DNA of 64,000 nt from Bellilinea sp. (GTDB taxonomy: Bacteria; Chloroflexota; Anaerolineae; Anaerolineales; Anaerolineaceae): positions 50,162 to 114,161 of the forward strand of contig JAXDBP010000030.1 of NCBI GenBank assembly GCA_034678705.1. Reading direction: 5' to 3'. Both the position numbers and the translations under genes were made by a program. This document shows positions 1 through 8,373 of the stretch, one piece after another. The stretch's first letter is position 1; each line of letters begins with the position of its first letter. The notes under the pieces were generated by a model, which searched no databases, had not been told where the DNA came from, and was given only the letters and a program-made list of their open reading frames with translations.

Positions 1-2
1 GC

Positions 3-2042
3 CGGCGCGACCTGTTCCTGCCCGAGCCGCTTGACGTGCTGGCGGTGCGCTCACGCGCCTCCGACCAGGCGGCGCTCTTCCGCCAGGTGGCCAGCCGCTA
101 CCCCGACCTGACCTACTACGATTGCGATCTGCCGCTCAGCCTGCACCACGCCGCGCGCCACGACACCTTCCCCCTGGCGCGCGTCCGCGTGCGCTGCGCC
201 GAGGACGGCGAAATCTTCGAGCTGCAGACGCTCGATTCGCCCTGGGAGATCGACGCCGAGCCAGCGCCGCTGCGCGTGCTGCAGCTCGAACCGGACTGCG
301 ACCCCAGCCACGCCCCGCCGCGGGCGCTGCTGGCCCGCTTCGAGCGCTGCTCCTACCGCCTGCCGCTCGACCCGCCGCGCCCGCTGCTGATCAACCTGCG
401 CGCGCTGCTCGTCCGGCACGACCCCGACCTGTTGCTGACCGCCTGGGGTGACACCTGGCTGCTGCCCATGCTGCTCGAGCTTTCCGAGCAGCACGGGCTG
501 CCCCTGCCGCTCAACCGTCACGAGGAACGGGAGGTTGGCCTGCGCGAGGAGCGCTCCTACTTTTCCTACGGGCAGATCGTCTTCCGCGGGCAGCAGGTGC
601 ACCTCTTCGGGCGGCTGCACATCGATCACCGCAACGCCATGCTGTGGGACGACTACGGCGTGGACGGCGTACTGGAGGCGGCGCGCGTCACCGGGCTGCC
701 GGTGCAGGTGGCGGCGCGCAACTCGCCCGGCGGTGGCATCTCGGCCATGCAGATCCGTACCGCGCTGCAGGCCGAACGTACCCCGGCCGGCGGCATCCTC
801 GTCCCCTGGCACAAGCAGCAGGTCGAGCGCGGTAAGACCGCCCTGGATCTGCTGCGTACCGACCAGGGCGGGATGATCTATCAGCCGATCGTCGGGCTGC
901 ACCGCGACGTCGGCGAGCTGGACTTCATCTCCATGTACCCCAGCATCATGGTGCACTGCAACATCTCGCCCGAAACGCGCCTGCCGCAGGGGCTGGGACC
1001 CTCCCCCGAGCCGCCCGGACTGATCCCACAGACGCTGGCCCCGCTGCTGGAGAAGCGGGTGGCGATCAAGCGCCGCCTGGCCGAACTGCCGGCCTGGCAC
1101 CCGCGCCGCAAGCATTACAAGGCCTTCGCCTCGGCCCACAAGTGGCTGCTGGTGACCTGCTTCGGCTACCTGGGCTACAAGAACGCCCGCTTTGGGCGCA
1201 TCGAGGCGCACGAGGCGGTCACCGGCTGCGGGCGCGAGGCGCTGCTGCGCGCCAAGGAGGCCGCCGAGGATGCCGGCTTCTGCGTGCTGCACATGTACGT
1301 CGACGGCATCTGGGTCGTCCGCCCGGACGCCAAACGCCCGGAGGACTTCCAGCCGCTGGTCGAGGAGATCACCCGCCGCACCGGCCTGCCGCTGGCGCTG
1401 GACGGCATCTACCGCTGGGTGGTCTTTCTGCCCTCGCGCCTGGATTCGCGCGTGCCGGTACCCAACCGTTATTTTGGCGTCTTCCAGGACGGCTCGCTCA
1501 AGGTGCGCGGGCTGGAGACCCGCCGGCGCGACACGCCGGCCTGGATCGGCGCGGTGCAGATGGAGATGATCGAGATGCTGGCAAGGGTGGAGGACGCCGA
1601 GCGGCTGCCCGATCAAATGCCGGCGCTGGTCGAGCTGCTGCGCGCCCGCCTGGCTGAGCTGCGCGCCGGGCGCGTCCCGCTGGAGGATTTGCTGGTGGCC
1701 CAGCGCCTGACCCGCGAGCCGGGCGAGTACAGCGTGCCCTCGCCGGCGGCGCGCGCCGCCGCTCAACTGGCCGCGGTTGGCAAGCACACCCGTCCCGGGC
1801 AGCGCGTGCGCTTTCTGCTGCTGCGCGGGCAGCCCGACGTGCACGCCTGGGACCTGCCCGAGCTGCCCAATCCGGAGCGGCTCGACCTGAGCCGCTACCG
1901 TGAGCTGCTCATGCGCGCCGCCAGCAGCGTCACCCAGCCGCTGGGCGTCGACCAGGCGATCCTGGAGGCCTGGGTGGAGGGGGCTGTGCCGGTGGCGCTG
2001 CTCGAACCAGCCGGGGCTAACCCGCCATGTATGCCACGCTGA
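3..2042 (+). CDS. Family B DNA polymerase homologue, 5' end cut by window edge
   Basis: Frame is open to the window start. Motif A DFISMYPSIM, motif B-like KWLLVTCFGYLGY and KVRGLETRRRD are present. Motif C reads YVDGIW instead of YxDTDS. Confidence 0.8.
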   Translation, partial: RRDLFLPEPLDVLAVRSRASDQAALFRQVASRYPDLTYYDCDLPLSLHHAARHDTFPLARVRVRCAEDGEIFELQTLDSPWEIDAEPAPLRVLQLEPDCDPSHAPPRALLARFERCSYRLPLDPPRPLLINLRALLVRHDPDLLLTAWGDTWLLPMLLELSEQHGLPLPLNRHEEREVGLREERSYFSYGQIVFRGQQVHLFGRLHIDHRNAMLWDDYGVDGVLEAARVTGLPVQVAARNSPGGGISAMQIRTALQAERTPAGGILVPWHKQQVERGKTALDLLRTDQGGMIYQPIVGLHRDVGELDFISMYPSIMVHCNISPETRLPQGLGPSPEPPGLIPQTLAPLLEKRVAIKRRLAELPAWHPRRKHYKAFASAHKWLLVTCFGYLGYKNARFGRIEAHEAVTGCGREALLRAKEAAEDAGFCVLHMYVDGIWVVRPDAKRPEDFQPLVEEITRRTGLPLALDGIYRWVVFLPSRLDSRVPVPNRYFGVFQDGSLKVRGLETRRRDTPAWIGAVQMEMIEMLARVEDAERLPDQMPALVELLRARLAELRAGRVPLEDLLVAQRLTREPGEYSVPSPAARAAAQLAAVGKHTRPGQRVRFLLLRGQPDVHAWDLPELPNPERLDLSRYRELLMRAASSVTQPLGVDQAILEAWVEGAVPVALLEPAGANPPCMPR

Positions 2043-2862
2043 TTGTGCCCGGCCCGACGTGCGATCCGATCACCGGGCTGACCTCGCTGAGGATGCCCTC
2101 GACCGCGTTGAACTGCCCGACCAGCCGCTCGAGCAGCGCCTGGGCCATCTCGGGCACGGCGGCGTGAAAGACCGAAACGCGGACCGGCGATTTGCCGGCG
2201 ATATCCCGCTCGACCAGCTGCACCATGCGTTCGACCGCCTTGCGGGTAGTGATCACGCTTTCCACCGGCACGATTTTGCCCTCTTGGATTTTCAGCAGGG
2301 GTTTGAGATTCAGCGCGGTGCCGAGCAGGCGTTTGGCGGTGTTGATCCGCCCGCCGGCGGCCAGATATTTGAGATTCTCGACGGTGAAGTACACCCCGAT
2401 CTTCGGGTAGGCGTCCAGCGCGACTGCCTTGCATTCGGCCAGGCTGGCGCCCTCGGCGGCGGCGCGCGCGGCAGCCAGCACCATGAAGCTGAGCGCCATG
2501 GAGACCAGTTGGGTCTCGGGCACCTCGATCGGCGCGCCGGGGAATTCCCGCAGGGCCTGCAGGGCTGATTCGCGCGTTCCGGATAGACCGCTGGAGATGA
2601 GCAGCGCCAGAATTTCGCAGCCTTCGTCGAGCAGCTCGCGATATTTTTCCGTGAAGGCGTTAACCGTCACCTGGCTGGTTTTGGGCAGGCTGTCGGTATT
2701 TGCCAGTATTTTGTAATACTCGCTTGCCTGAATATCGACGCCGTCGCGGTATTCTTTTCCCTCGAGGGTCAATGTCAGCGGCAGGACGTGAATACTCAAT
2801 TGATCGGCGTAGACCTGGGGCAGGTAGGCGCTGCTGTCGGTAAGTATGCGTACCTTGGACAT
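2017..2862 (-). CDS. DegV family (fatty-acid binding) protein
   Basis: 281-aa ORF. N-terminus MSKVRILTDSSAYLP and overall DegV-like layout. Confidence 0.85.
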   Translation of the reverse strand: MSKVRILTDSSAYLPQVYADQLSIHVLPLTLTLEGKEYRDGVDIQASEYYKILANTDSLPKTSQVTVNAFTEKYRELLDEGCEILALLISSGLSGTRESALQALREFPGAPIEVPETQLVSMALSFMVLAAARAAAEGASLAECKAVALDAYPKIGVYFTVENLKYLAAGGRINTAKRLLGTALNLKPLLKIQEGKIVPVESVITTRKAVERMVQLVERDIAGKSPVRVSVFHAAVPEMAQALLERLVGQFNAVEGILSEVSPVIGSHVGPGTISVAYMAG

Positions 2863-3006
2863 GTGAACCTCCAGAAGGGGATAAAGTAAGTATATCCGAT
2901 TGATAAATATTTGGCTATAATCAGCGCCGGTCGGTATTTTGTTGTCCGATAGGTATAAATGTCAGCGGGAAAACAGATTTTCGTCACTATCGGGCGTGGA
3001 ATCTAA

Positions 3007-3028
3007 ATACTATACTCGGGTATAGTAT
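3007..3028. promoter_or_regulatory. Candidate CsoR/RcnR-family operator palindrome
   Basis: ATACTATAC-TCGG-GTATAGTAT, perfect 9+9 bp inverted repeat about 25 nt upstream of the first gene of the zinc-ribbon/CsoR-like/OsmC cluster. Confidence 0.45.
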
Positions 3029-3053
3029 ATTATCAACCAGGAGGTGCTGAGCA

Positions 3054-3260
3054 ATGCCCCTGTATGAATACGTTTGCGAGGCCTGCGGCGTCCATTTCGA
3101 GAAGCTGCTTCGCATCAACGAGCAGGCGCCCGAGGATGAATGTCCGGTCTGCGGCAGCGGGGAAACGCACAGGCTTATCTCGCTGTTTGCCGCCAGCAGC
3201 GCCAGCGGTGTGAGCACATCCACGGTGGGCTGCGGCAGCTCGTCCAGCGGCTTCCGTTGA
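3054..3260 (+). CDS. FmdB-family zinc-ribbon putative regulatory protein
   Basis: MPLYEYVCEACG ... CPVCGS motif pair. GGAGG RBS upstream. Confidence 0.75.
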   Translation: MPLYEYVCEACGVHFEKLLRINEQAPEDECPVCGSGETHRLISLFAASSASGVSTSTVGCGSSSSGFR

Positions 3261-3305
3261 GCCTGACCAACCGCCTGCGTGCCAGGCGTAGAAAGAAAAA
3301 ACAAT

Positions 3306-3590
3306 ATGCTGCCTGCTGATTCGGAAACCCGTGAGAAAATGATCCAGCGCCTGCGCCGCATCGAGGGACAGGTGCGCGGCGTGCAATCCATGCTGGCCGA
3401 GGGCCGCGACTGCCAGGAAATCCTCCAGCAGCTCTCGGCGGTGCGCTCGGCGGTGCACAGCGCCATGCTGGTTGTCATCCAGAATTACATCGCCCAGTGC
3501 CTGCTCGGCCCCGAGGAGCAGTTGAACAGCCGCGCCGGACGCGAGAAGCTGGCGGCGGATCTGACCCATATTTTGGAGAAAGCCCCGTAA
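3306..3590 (+). CDS. CsoR/RcnR/FrmR-family metal/stress-sensing repressor (DUF156)
   Basis: RLRRIEGQVRGVQSML..DCQEILQQLSAVRSAVH signature. An alternative GTG start lies at 3279. Confidence 0.8.
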   Translation: MLPADSETREKMIQRLRRIEGQVRGVQSMLAEGRDCQEILQQLSAVRSAVHSAMLVVIQNYIAQCLLGPEEQLNSRAGREKLAADLTHILEKAP

Positions 3591-3653
3591 GCGGGTCCTT
3601 GTTCTCTGCTGGATCACTCCCGGCAAAAATTAGTAAATTCGTATGGAGGCTGA

Positions 3654-4061
3654 ATGGCATCTACAACCGTGCGCTGGCTGACCGGCAAGCAGTTTGTCGG
3701 CATTGATTCGACCAAACATTCGGTGGTGCTCTCCTCGGCGGATGAGGGCGTGGGCATGAAGCCCTCCGAGCTGCTGTTGATCGCGCTGGCAGGCTGCACC
3801 GCGGTGGACGTGGTCGACATTTTACGCAAGAAGCGCATCGAGCTGACCTCGCTGGAGATCCAGGCCAGCGGTGAGCAGGACTGCGATCCGCCCTGGACTT
3901 ACCGCAAGATTCACCTGCATTACCGCCTGAGCGGCAGGGAGCTGACTGAGAAAGCCGTCGAGCAGGCCATCCAGCTCTCCGAGGAGAAGTACTGCTCGGT
4001 TGCCGCCACGCTGCGCGGCGTGGCCGAGATCACCACGGGGTATGAAATCTTAACGAATTAA
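3654..4061 (+). CDS. OsmC family peroxiredoxin-like protein
   Basis: LLLIALAGCTAVD and KYCSVAATL, the two-Cys OsmC pattern. Confidence 0.85.
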   Translation: MASTTVRWLTGKQFVGIDSTKHSVVLSSADEGVGMKPSELLLIALAGCTAVDVVDILRKKRIELTSLEIQASGEQDCDPPWTYRKIHLHYRLSGRELTEKAVEQAIQLSEEKYCSVAATLRGVAEITTGYEILTN

Positions 4062-4185
4062 TTCGAAGACCTTCCTGAACGCGCCGGTTTCCTGACCAGC
4101 CAGATCATGTCCCCCAACTGATCGGTCGGCTCTCCCTGAGTATAATCCCATACACCGCCTCGACCGCGCAGCCCACCTTTCTTGT

Positions 4186-6018
4186 CTATATTGCTGATAC
4201 AAAGCGCTCGCGTTTTACCCAACGTACGGTTCCCCGATAGTGCTCTCTTTGGTAGAACGGATGCCATTGACCCCCCGGGTCAATGGAGATCACGTCATTG
4301 CCCTTGATAATTAGAGTACAGGATACACCCCCAATTGATGTCTGTACGCTGCGCTCGGATATTGGGAACCTCATGCTAACCACATTGCCACTATCGACAG
4401 ATCCAACCTGCACGTAGCGTCCTTGAAAAACCGTCTCTCTGGGGATATTGTTTACAATGCATGATGCCTCTTCAGGTATTACCCATTCTGGGATGCGAAT
4501 CTCAACGTCGCAGGCCGTCTTCATCACCACGTCAATCCGGCCTTCGTATGGCACATAGCTATTCACGTCTGCCCAGGGCGAGGCGCGGTTGAGTAACAGA
4601 TGAATACTTAATTTCCCGTTGTTTAGCTCAAGCATATTTTCCAAAACGTGGAATATGGCTCGAGCTCCGTTGCCTGTACAACAACCAGAAATTATCGGCG
4701 ATTCCCCGTTCGCACAGTAGTCATTAGCTGACGCCCAACCGGCAAAACTACCAACAACTCGCTCAGATACGAGATCACCGTCCTCGCCTGGCCCAACCGG
4801 AGTGTTCGGGTAATTTTCGGCAAAGCGGTCGATCCAGTCCCCGCTTTTCATTTGCATTTCTGAGAATTGATTGCGCACGTAACGGTCCACATCATCCCAG
4901 TAATCACCCTGACCAAGTTTGCTGAGGTTGATCGCCATCATGATCATGTCCACTGTCGCACACGTCTCGCAGTCGATGTACGGGCGGTCATCGGGCCAAT
5001 CCTGGATGTATTCCGGAAAGAAGCCTACCAAAGGCCACCCGACTGAACGAGCATATTCATACCCCTTTTGAACAAAATCCGCAAATTCTTGATTGCGAGT
5101 TGCCAGGGCGTATTCGGAAAGGGCGTTCATTGCATTGCCGTTATGGTGAAAATGAAGCGCAGGCCCCTCATCCGATTCATGGCGAGCCAGGAAGTGTCCA
5201 TTGGCGTTAAATATTTGGGCGTGGTCCTTCAGGTAGCGGGCGAGTTCGTCGGCCAGCCTTCTTGCAGCGGATGAACCTGTGATTGAATAGACGCTAGTAA
5301 CGCCCTGGAGTGTCCACCCCTCCTGAGAGGCTTCCCACCCGATATTCATTTTTCCCTTGTCGTACGTCAGGTAACAATAATCTTTTTCATGGGACAATAT
5401 TCTGGAAAGGCGGCTGATAGCTTCTTCTGCAAATTCTTGCCAGCAAACACTCTTCTCCTGCCGGCTATTGTTGGCAGCCCAGCATATAAATCTTGCATCC
5501 GTGAAAGTGAGACCAATGGCATCTTTCTGGAAGTTATCTATGAAATATTTTCTCCAGCGCTGGTCGACCTGGGTGTTGATCGTACTACCTGTCACATAAC
5601 GCATTAGCGACAAGCCTTCACAGAATTTGGAATTTAACCCATCCGCCGTAAACATAACAGGAGGATTTCTTGCCGCGCTCCCATAAAAGTAAGTTATGCT
5701 ACTATCAACGGGGTTTGTACAGCGAGTAAGCGCGTTGATCGCCAATTTAGCGTTTTCATGGAGATCCAGTGTGTCCGGCACATCTGCTAAATAGCGTTTG
5801 CCCTCCGGCACGATTACTTGTGAGAGAGCATTTAGAGCATCAGTGCTGCATTTCGGTTGTGCTGTGACGGTTGGCGATGGCATCCTGGTTGCCGCTAACG
5901 TCGAGGTTGGCACGGGTGGTTGTGCGGGCAAGGCGCGTTCGCAGGCAGACGCAATCCCGGTGCCAAGCGCAACAACAACCATTTTTAGGAAGTTGCGGCG
6001 ATTTAATCCCTTGTGCAT
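4186..6018 (-). CDS. Tat-signal secreted protein, GH127/DUF1680-like (beta-L-arabinofuranosidase family) candidate
   Basis: N-terminus NRRNFLKMVVVALGTGIASAC. CETCA and GCCTGNG motifs resemble the Glu-x-Cys / Cys-Cys zinc site of GH127. Noticeably AT-richer than its flanks. Confidence 0.55.
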   Translation of the reverse strand: MHKGLNRRNFLKMVVVALGTGIASACERALPAQPPVPTSTLAATRMPSPTVTAQPKCSTDALNALSQVIVPEGKRYLADVPDTLDLHENAKLAINALTRCTNPVDSSITYFYGSAARNPPVMFTADGLNSKFCEGLSLMRYVTGSTINTQVDQRWRKYFIDNFQKDAIGLTFTDARFICWAANNSRQEKSVCWQEFAEEAISRLSRILSHEKDYCYLTYDKGKMNIGWEASQEGWTLQGVTSVYSITGSSAARRLADELARYLKDHAQIFNANGHFLARHESDEGPALHFHHNGNAMNALSEYALATRNQEFADFVQKGYEYARSVGWPLVGFFPEYIQDWPDDRPYIDCETCATVDMIMMAINLSKLGQGDYWDDVDRYVRNQFSEMQMKSGDWIDRFAENYPNTPVGPGEDGDLVSERVVGSFAGWASANDYCANGESPIISGCCTGNGARAIFHVLENMLELNNGKLSIHLLLNRASPWADVNSYVPYEGRIDVVMKTACDVEIRIPEWVIPEEASCIVNNIPRETVFQGRYVQVGSVDSGNVVSMRFPISERSVQTSIGGVSCTLIIKGNDVISIDPGGQWHPFYQREHYRGTVRWVKRERFVSAI

Positions 6019-6170
6019 GGTCCCATCCTCCTGGTTTGCTCATCTGGACAGAATCAGCTTGGCCGTTGAACGACAGACGAAATGCAATCTCGGACAAACC
6101 AATCTGTTTTTAATTGCATCAACAATTCCTTTTCCTGGGCCTTACGAAACCTGAACGATACCTGTGCTGA

Positions 6171-6662
6171 TTACTCATGCGGTTCCGTGAACAATCCGCG
6201 CATCCAGTCGTCCATGTCGCGGCGGAAGGGCTGGCTGGGCGGCTCCTTGTCCGCCGGAAGGGATTCCTGCTTTTCGCTTGGTTCAGGTTCCTGGATATCC
6301 TCGAAATCGGCCAGCAGCAGCTCTTCCCCCGTTGGCACCTGCGGCGTTTCGTCCTTCGCCTCCGGCTGTTTTGTGGGACGTCTGGGCGATTCCACCTCAG
6401 GCGGCGCGTACTCGCTCGCCGGCAGCGCCTCGGCGGCGCCCAGCGGCGGGGCAAATTGAGCCGCCTGGGCCTTCAGGCGCAGGGGACAGCGCGCGTGCGC
6501 CGGCCCCAGGCATACCTCGGCCTGCTGCTCGAAGGAGAGTTTTTCCACCCTCCCGCTCGCTTTGCAACGGTTGGCCCTGGAGGGGAATTCCTCCGGCGGT
6601 TTTCCGGCGGATTTCGCGACCAGGTACTCGCAAGCCATCAGTGGCGGGTGATCGGCGTCCAT
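6171..6662 (-). CDS. Hypothetical protein, Cys-containing N-terminus and acidic/Pro-rich C-terminus
   Basis: 163-aa ORF co-directional with its neighbours. No recognised domain. Confidence 0.45.
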   Translation of the reverse strand: MDADHPPLMACEYLVAKSAGKPPEEFPSRANRCKASGRVEKLSFEQQAEVCLGPAHARCPLRLKAQAAQFAPPLGAAEALPASEYAPPEVESPRRPTKQPEAKDETPQVPTGEELLLADFEDIQEPEPSEKQESLPADKEPPSQPFRRDMDDWMRGLFTEPHE

Positions 6663-6762
6663 ACACCTGATTGTCCACTATTACGGTTAGAGAATCAAGA
6701 GCCATAACGAGGTTTGTCGAGGTTATGGCTGGAGCATCAGCGCTGAACCAATCTGCCCCGGG

Positions 6763-7497
6763 TTACTGGATAAATGCATTCAGCCACAGGTGCCCGGCAA
6801 GCAGGCGCACGTCTGGATTGGCGGCTGCCCAGTCGCGCAAGTGGGGCACATGCGGGCCGAGCACCAGGCGATTCACCCAGGCGGGGGTGATGTCGAAATT
6901 TGCGTTGGTCGGCAGGGCGTCGCCGCATTGGAATAGCCAGCCGCTGCCCTCGCGAATCGCCACCCCGCAGTGGCCGCGAGTGTGACCGAAGAGCGGAACG
7001 AAGTATATCTCTGGCATGAAGGGCAGCGGAATCGCGGCCAATCCACGCCATTCAGCCGCAGGTTGTTCGTACAGCACCCAGCGAGGACCGTGCTCGACAT
7101 CCCTGCGGTCGTACGCCAGGTCGATCCAGCCGCGCGGATGTTGCATCGCCTCGAACTCCAGCCGGTGGACGTGGACGCGGGCGTGAGGAAAATCCGGCAG
7201 ACCGCCGGCGTGATCGAAATGCAAGTGAGTCTGAAGGATGTCGCGGACATCCTCGGGCCGGTAGCCGAGCCTTGCCACCTGACGGACGGCGGTCTTTTCA
7301 ATATCCTGGACGATGCCGAAATCAGCGTGGAAGAAGCGCATCATGCCCGAGCGAGACTGGTAATCGTGCAGTCCAAGGCCGGTATCGACCAGCGCCAGAC
7401 CCTGGTCGGTTTCCAGAAGGATGCAGGGAGTGCCGATCCGCCAGCGGGGGAACCAGGGTGTCATGGTGGCGCAGTTGAGTATGTGCAGGATGGTCAT
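6763..7497 (-). CDS. MBL-fold metallo-hydrolase
   Basis: HLHFDHAGG (HxHxDH) and a downstream GHTRGH motif. Confidence 0.85.
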   Translation of the reverse strand: MTILHILNCATMTPWFPRWRIGTPCILLETDQGLALVDTGLGLHDYQSRSGMMRFFHADFGIVQDIEKTAVRQVARLGYRPEDVRDILQTHLHFDHAGGLPDFPHARVHVHRLEFEAMQHPRGWIDLAYDRRDVEHGPRWVLYEQPAAEWRGLAAIPLPFMPEIYFVPLFGHTRGHCGVAIREGSGWLFQCGDALPTNANFDITPAWVNRLVLGPHVPHLRDWAAANPDVRLLAGHLWLNAFIQ

Positions 7498-7503
7498 TGG
7501 AAT

Positions 7504-7890
7504 TCAGCCTTTCACGTACGACAGCTTCTCCGTGATCAGCCCGCCGCGGATGCGATAGATGTCTACCCCACGGACGTGACGGCGGTTGCCGCTCGAATCC
7601 AGCCAGGAATAGACCCAGCGCATCACGCAGTGCTCTTCCATGGCAAACACCTCTTCGATATCGATGTGCGGCGAGCGCGAGCCGCGGAAGAAGGATTCCC
7701 AAAAGGCGCGCACTGCCTGCTGGCCCTCGTAGCGCGTCCCCTCGGGCGCAGGCACGGTGTTCTCGAAGACGCAGTCCGCGCTCATCAACCGCATCATCGC
7801 GTCCACGTCGCCGGCGTTGAGCGCATCGTTGAAGCGTACGATCAGCCGAACGACAGCATTCGGATCAGCTGGATTTGCATGCTTATCCAT
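7504..7890 (-). CDS. SnoaL-like / NTF2-fold protein
   Basis: FNDALNAGDVDAMMRLMSADCVFEN. Start moved to ATG 7890 (MDKHANP), which avoids a long overlap with the upstream OsmC gene. Confidence 0.7.
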   Translation of the reverse strand: MDKHANPADPNAVVRLIVRFNDALNAGDVDAMMRLMSADCVFENTVPAPEGTRYEGQQAVRAFWESFFRGSRSPHIDIEEVFAMEEHCVMRWVYSWLDSSGNRRHVRGVDIYRIRGGLITEKLSYVKG

Positions 7891-8317
7891 CACGGCCCTC
7901 CGCGGCATCTGTTTCCTCCGGCAGGATTTCGATCTCATGGACGATCTCGACCGCCTCGCGCAGGGTGGCGTAGGTGGAGCAGTACTTGCTCTGGCTCAGC
8001 TCGACCGTTTTCAGGATGCGCTGCCTGTCCAAACCGCGCCCGCGGATGCGGTAGTGGATGGTGATCTTGCGGAAGCGCCAGGGCGGCTGGTCGTCGCGCT
8101 GGCTTTCCGCGCTGACGGAGACCGCGTTGATTTTTTGGCGCTGTTTGCGCAGGATGGCGACCACATCCCACACGCTGCAGCCGATCAGGCTCAGCGGCAG
8201 CAGATCGGCGCCGTTGACACCGCCGGGCTGGGTCATCACGATCGGAAATCCGTGCCGGTCTTTCAACAGGAACACCTGCTCGCCCTGCCATTCCACGCTG
8301 ACGGTTTCTGTCGCCAT
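7883..8317 (-). CDS. OsmC family protein
   Basis: LSLIGCSVWD and KYCSTYATL. ATG at 8317 preceded by GGAGGT. The 334-aa track ORF is an unsupported N-terminal extension. Confidence 0.8.
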   Translation of the reverse strand: MATETVSVEWQGEQVFLLKDRHGFPIVMTQPGGVNGADLLPLSLIGCSVWDVVAILRKQRQKINAVSVSAESQRDDQPPWRFRKITIHYRIRGRGLDRQRILKTVELSQSKYCSTYATLREAVEIVHEIEILPEETDAAEGRDG

Positions 8318-8373
8318 CTGAACCTCCTGACCTGCCGATTCCTGGTCAGTGTACCTCATTTGATCGGGTGATT

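Noticed and set aside
51-1844. 597-aa ORF antisense to the PolB homologue
   Set aside because: Arg/Ala/Gly/Gln-rich low-complexity translation typical of a shadow ORF in high-GC DNA. The opposite strand has clear polymerase motifs.
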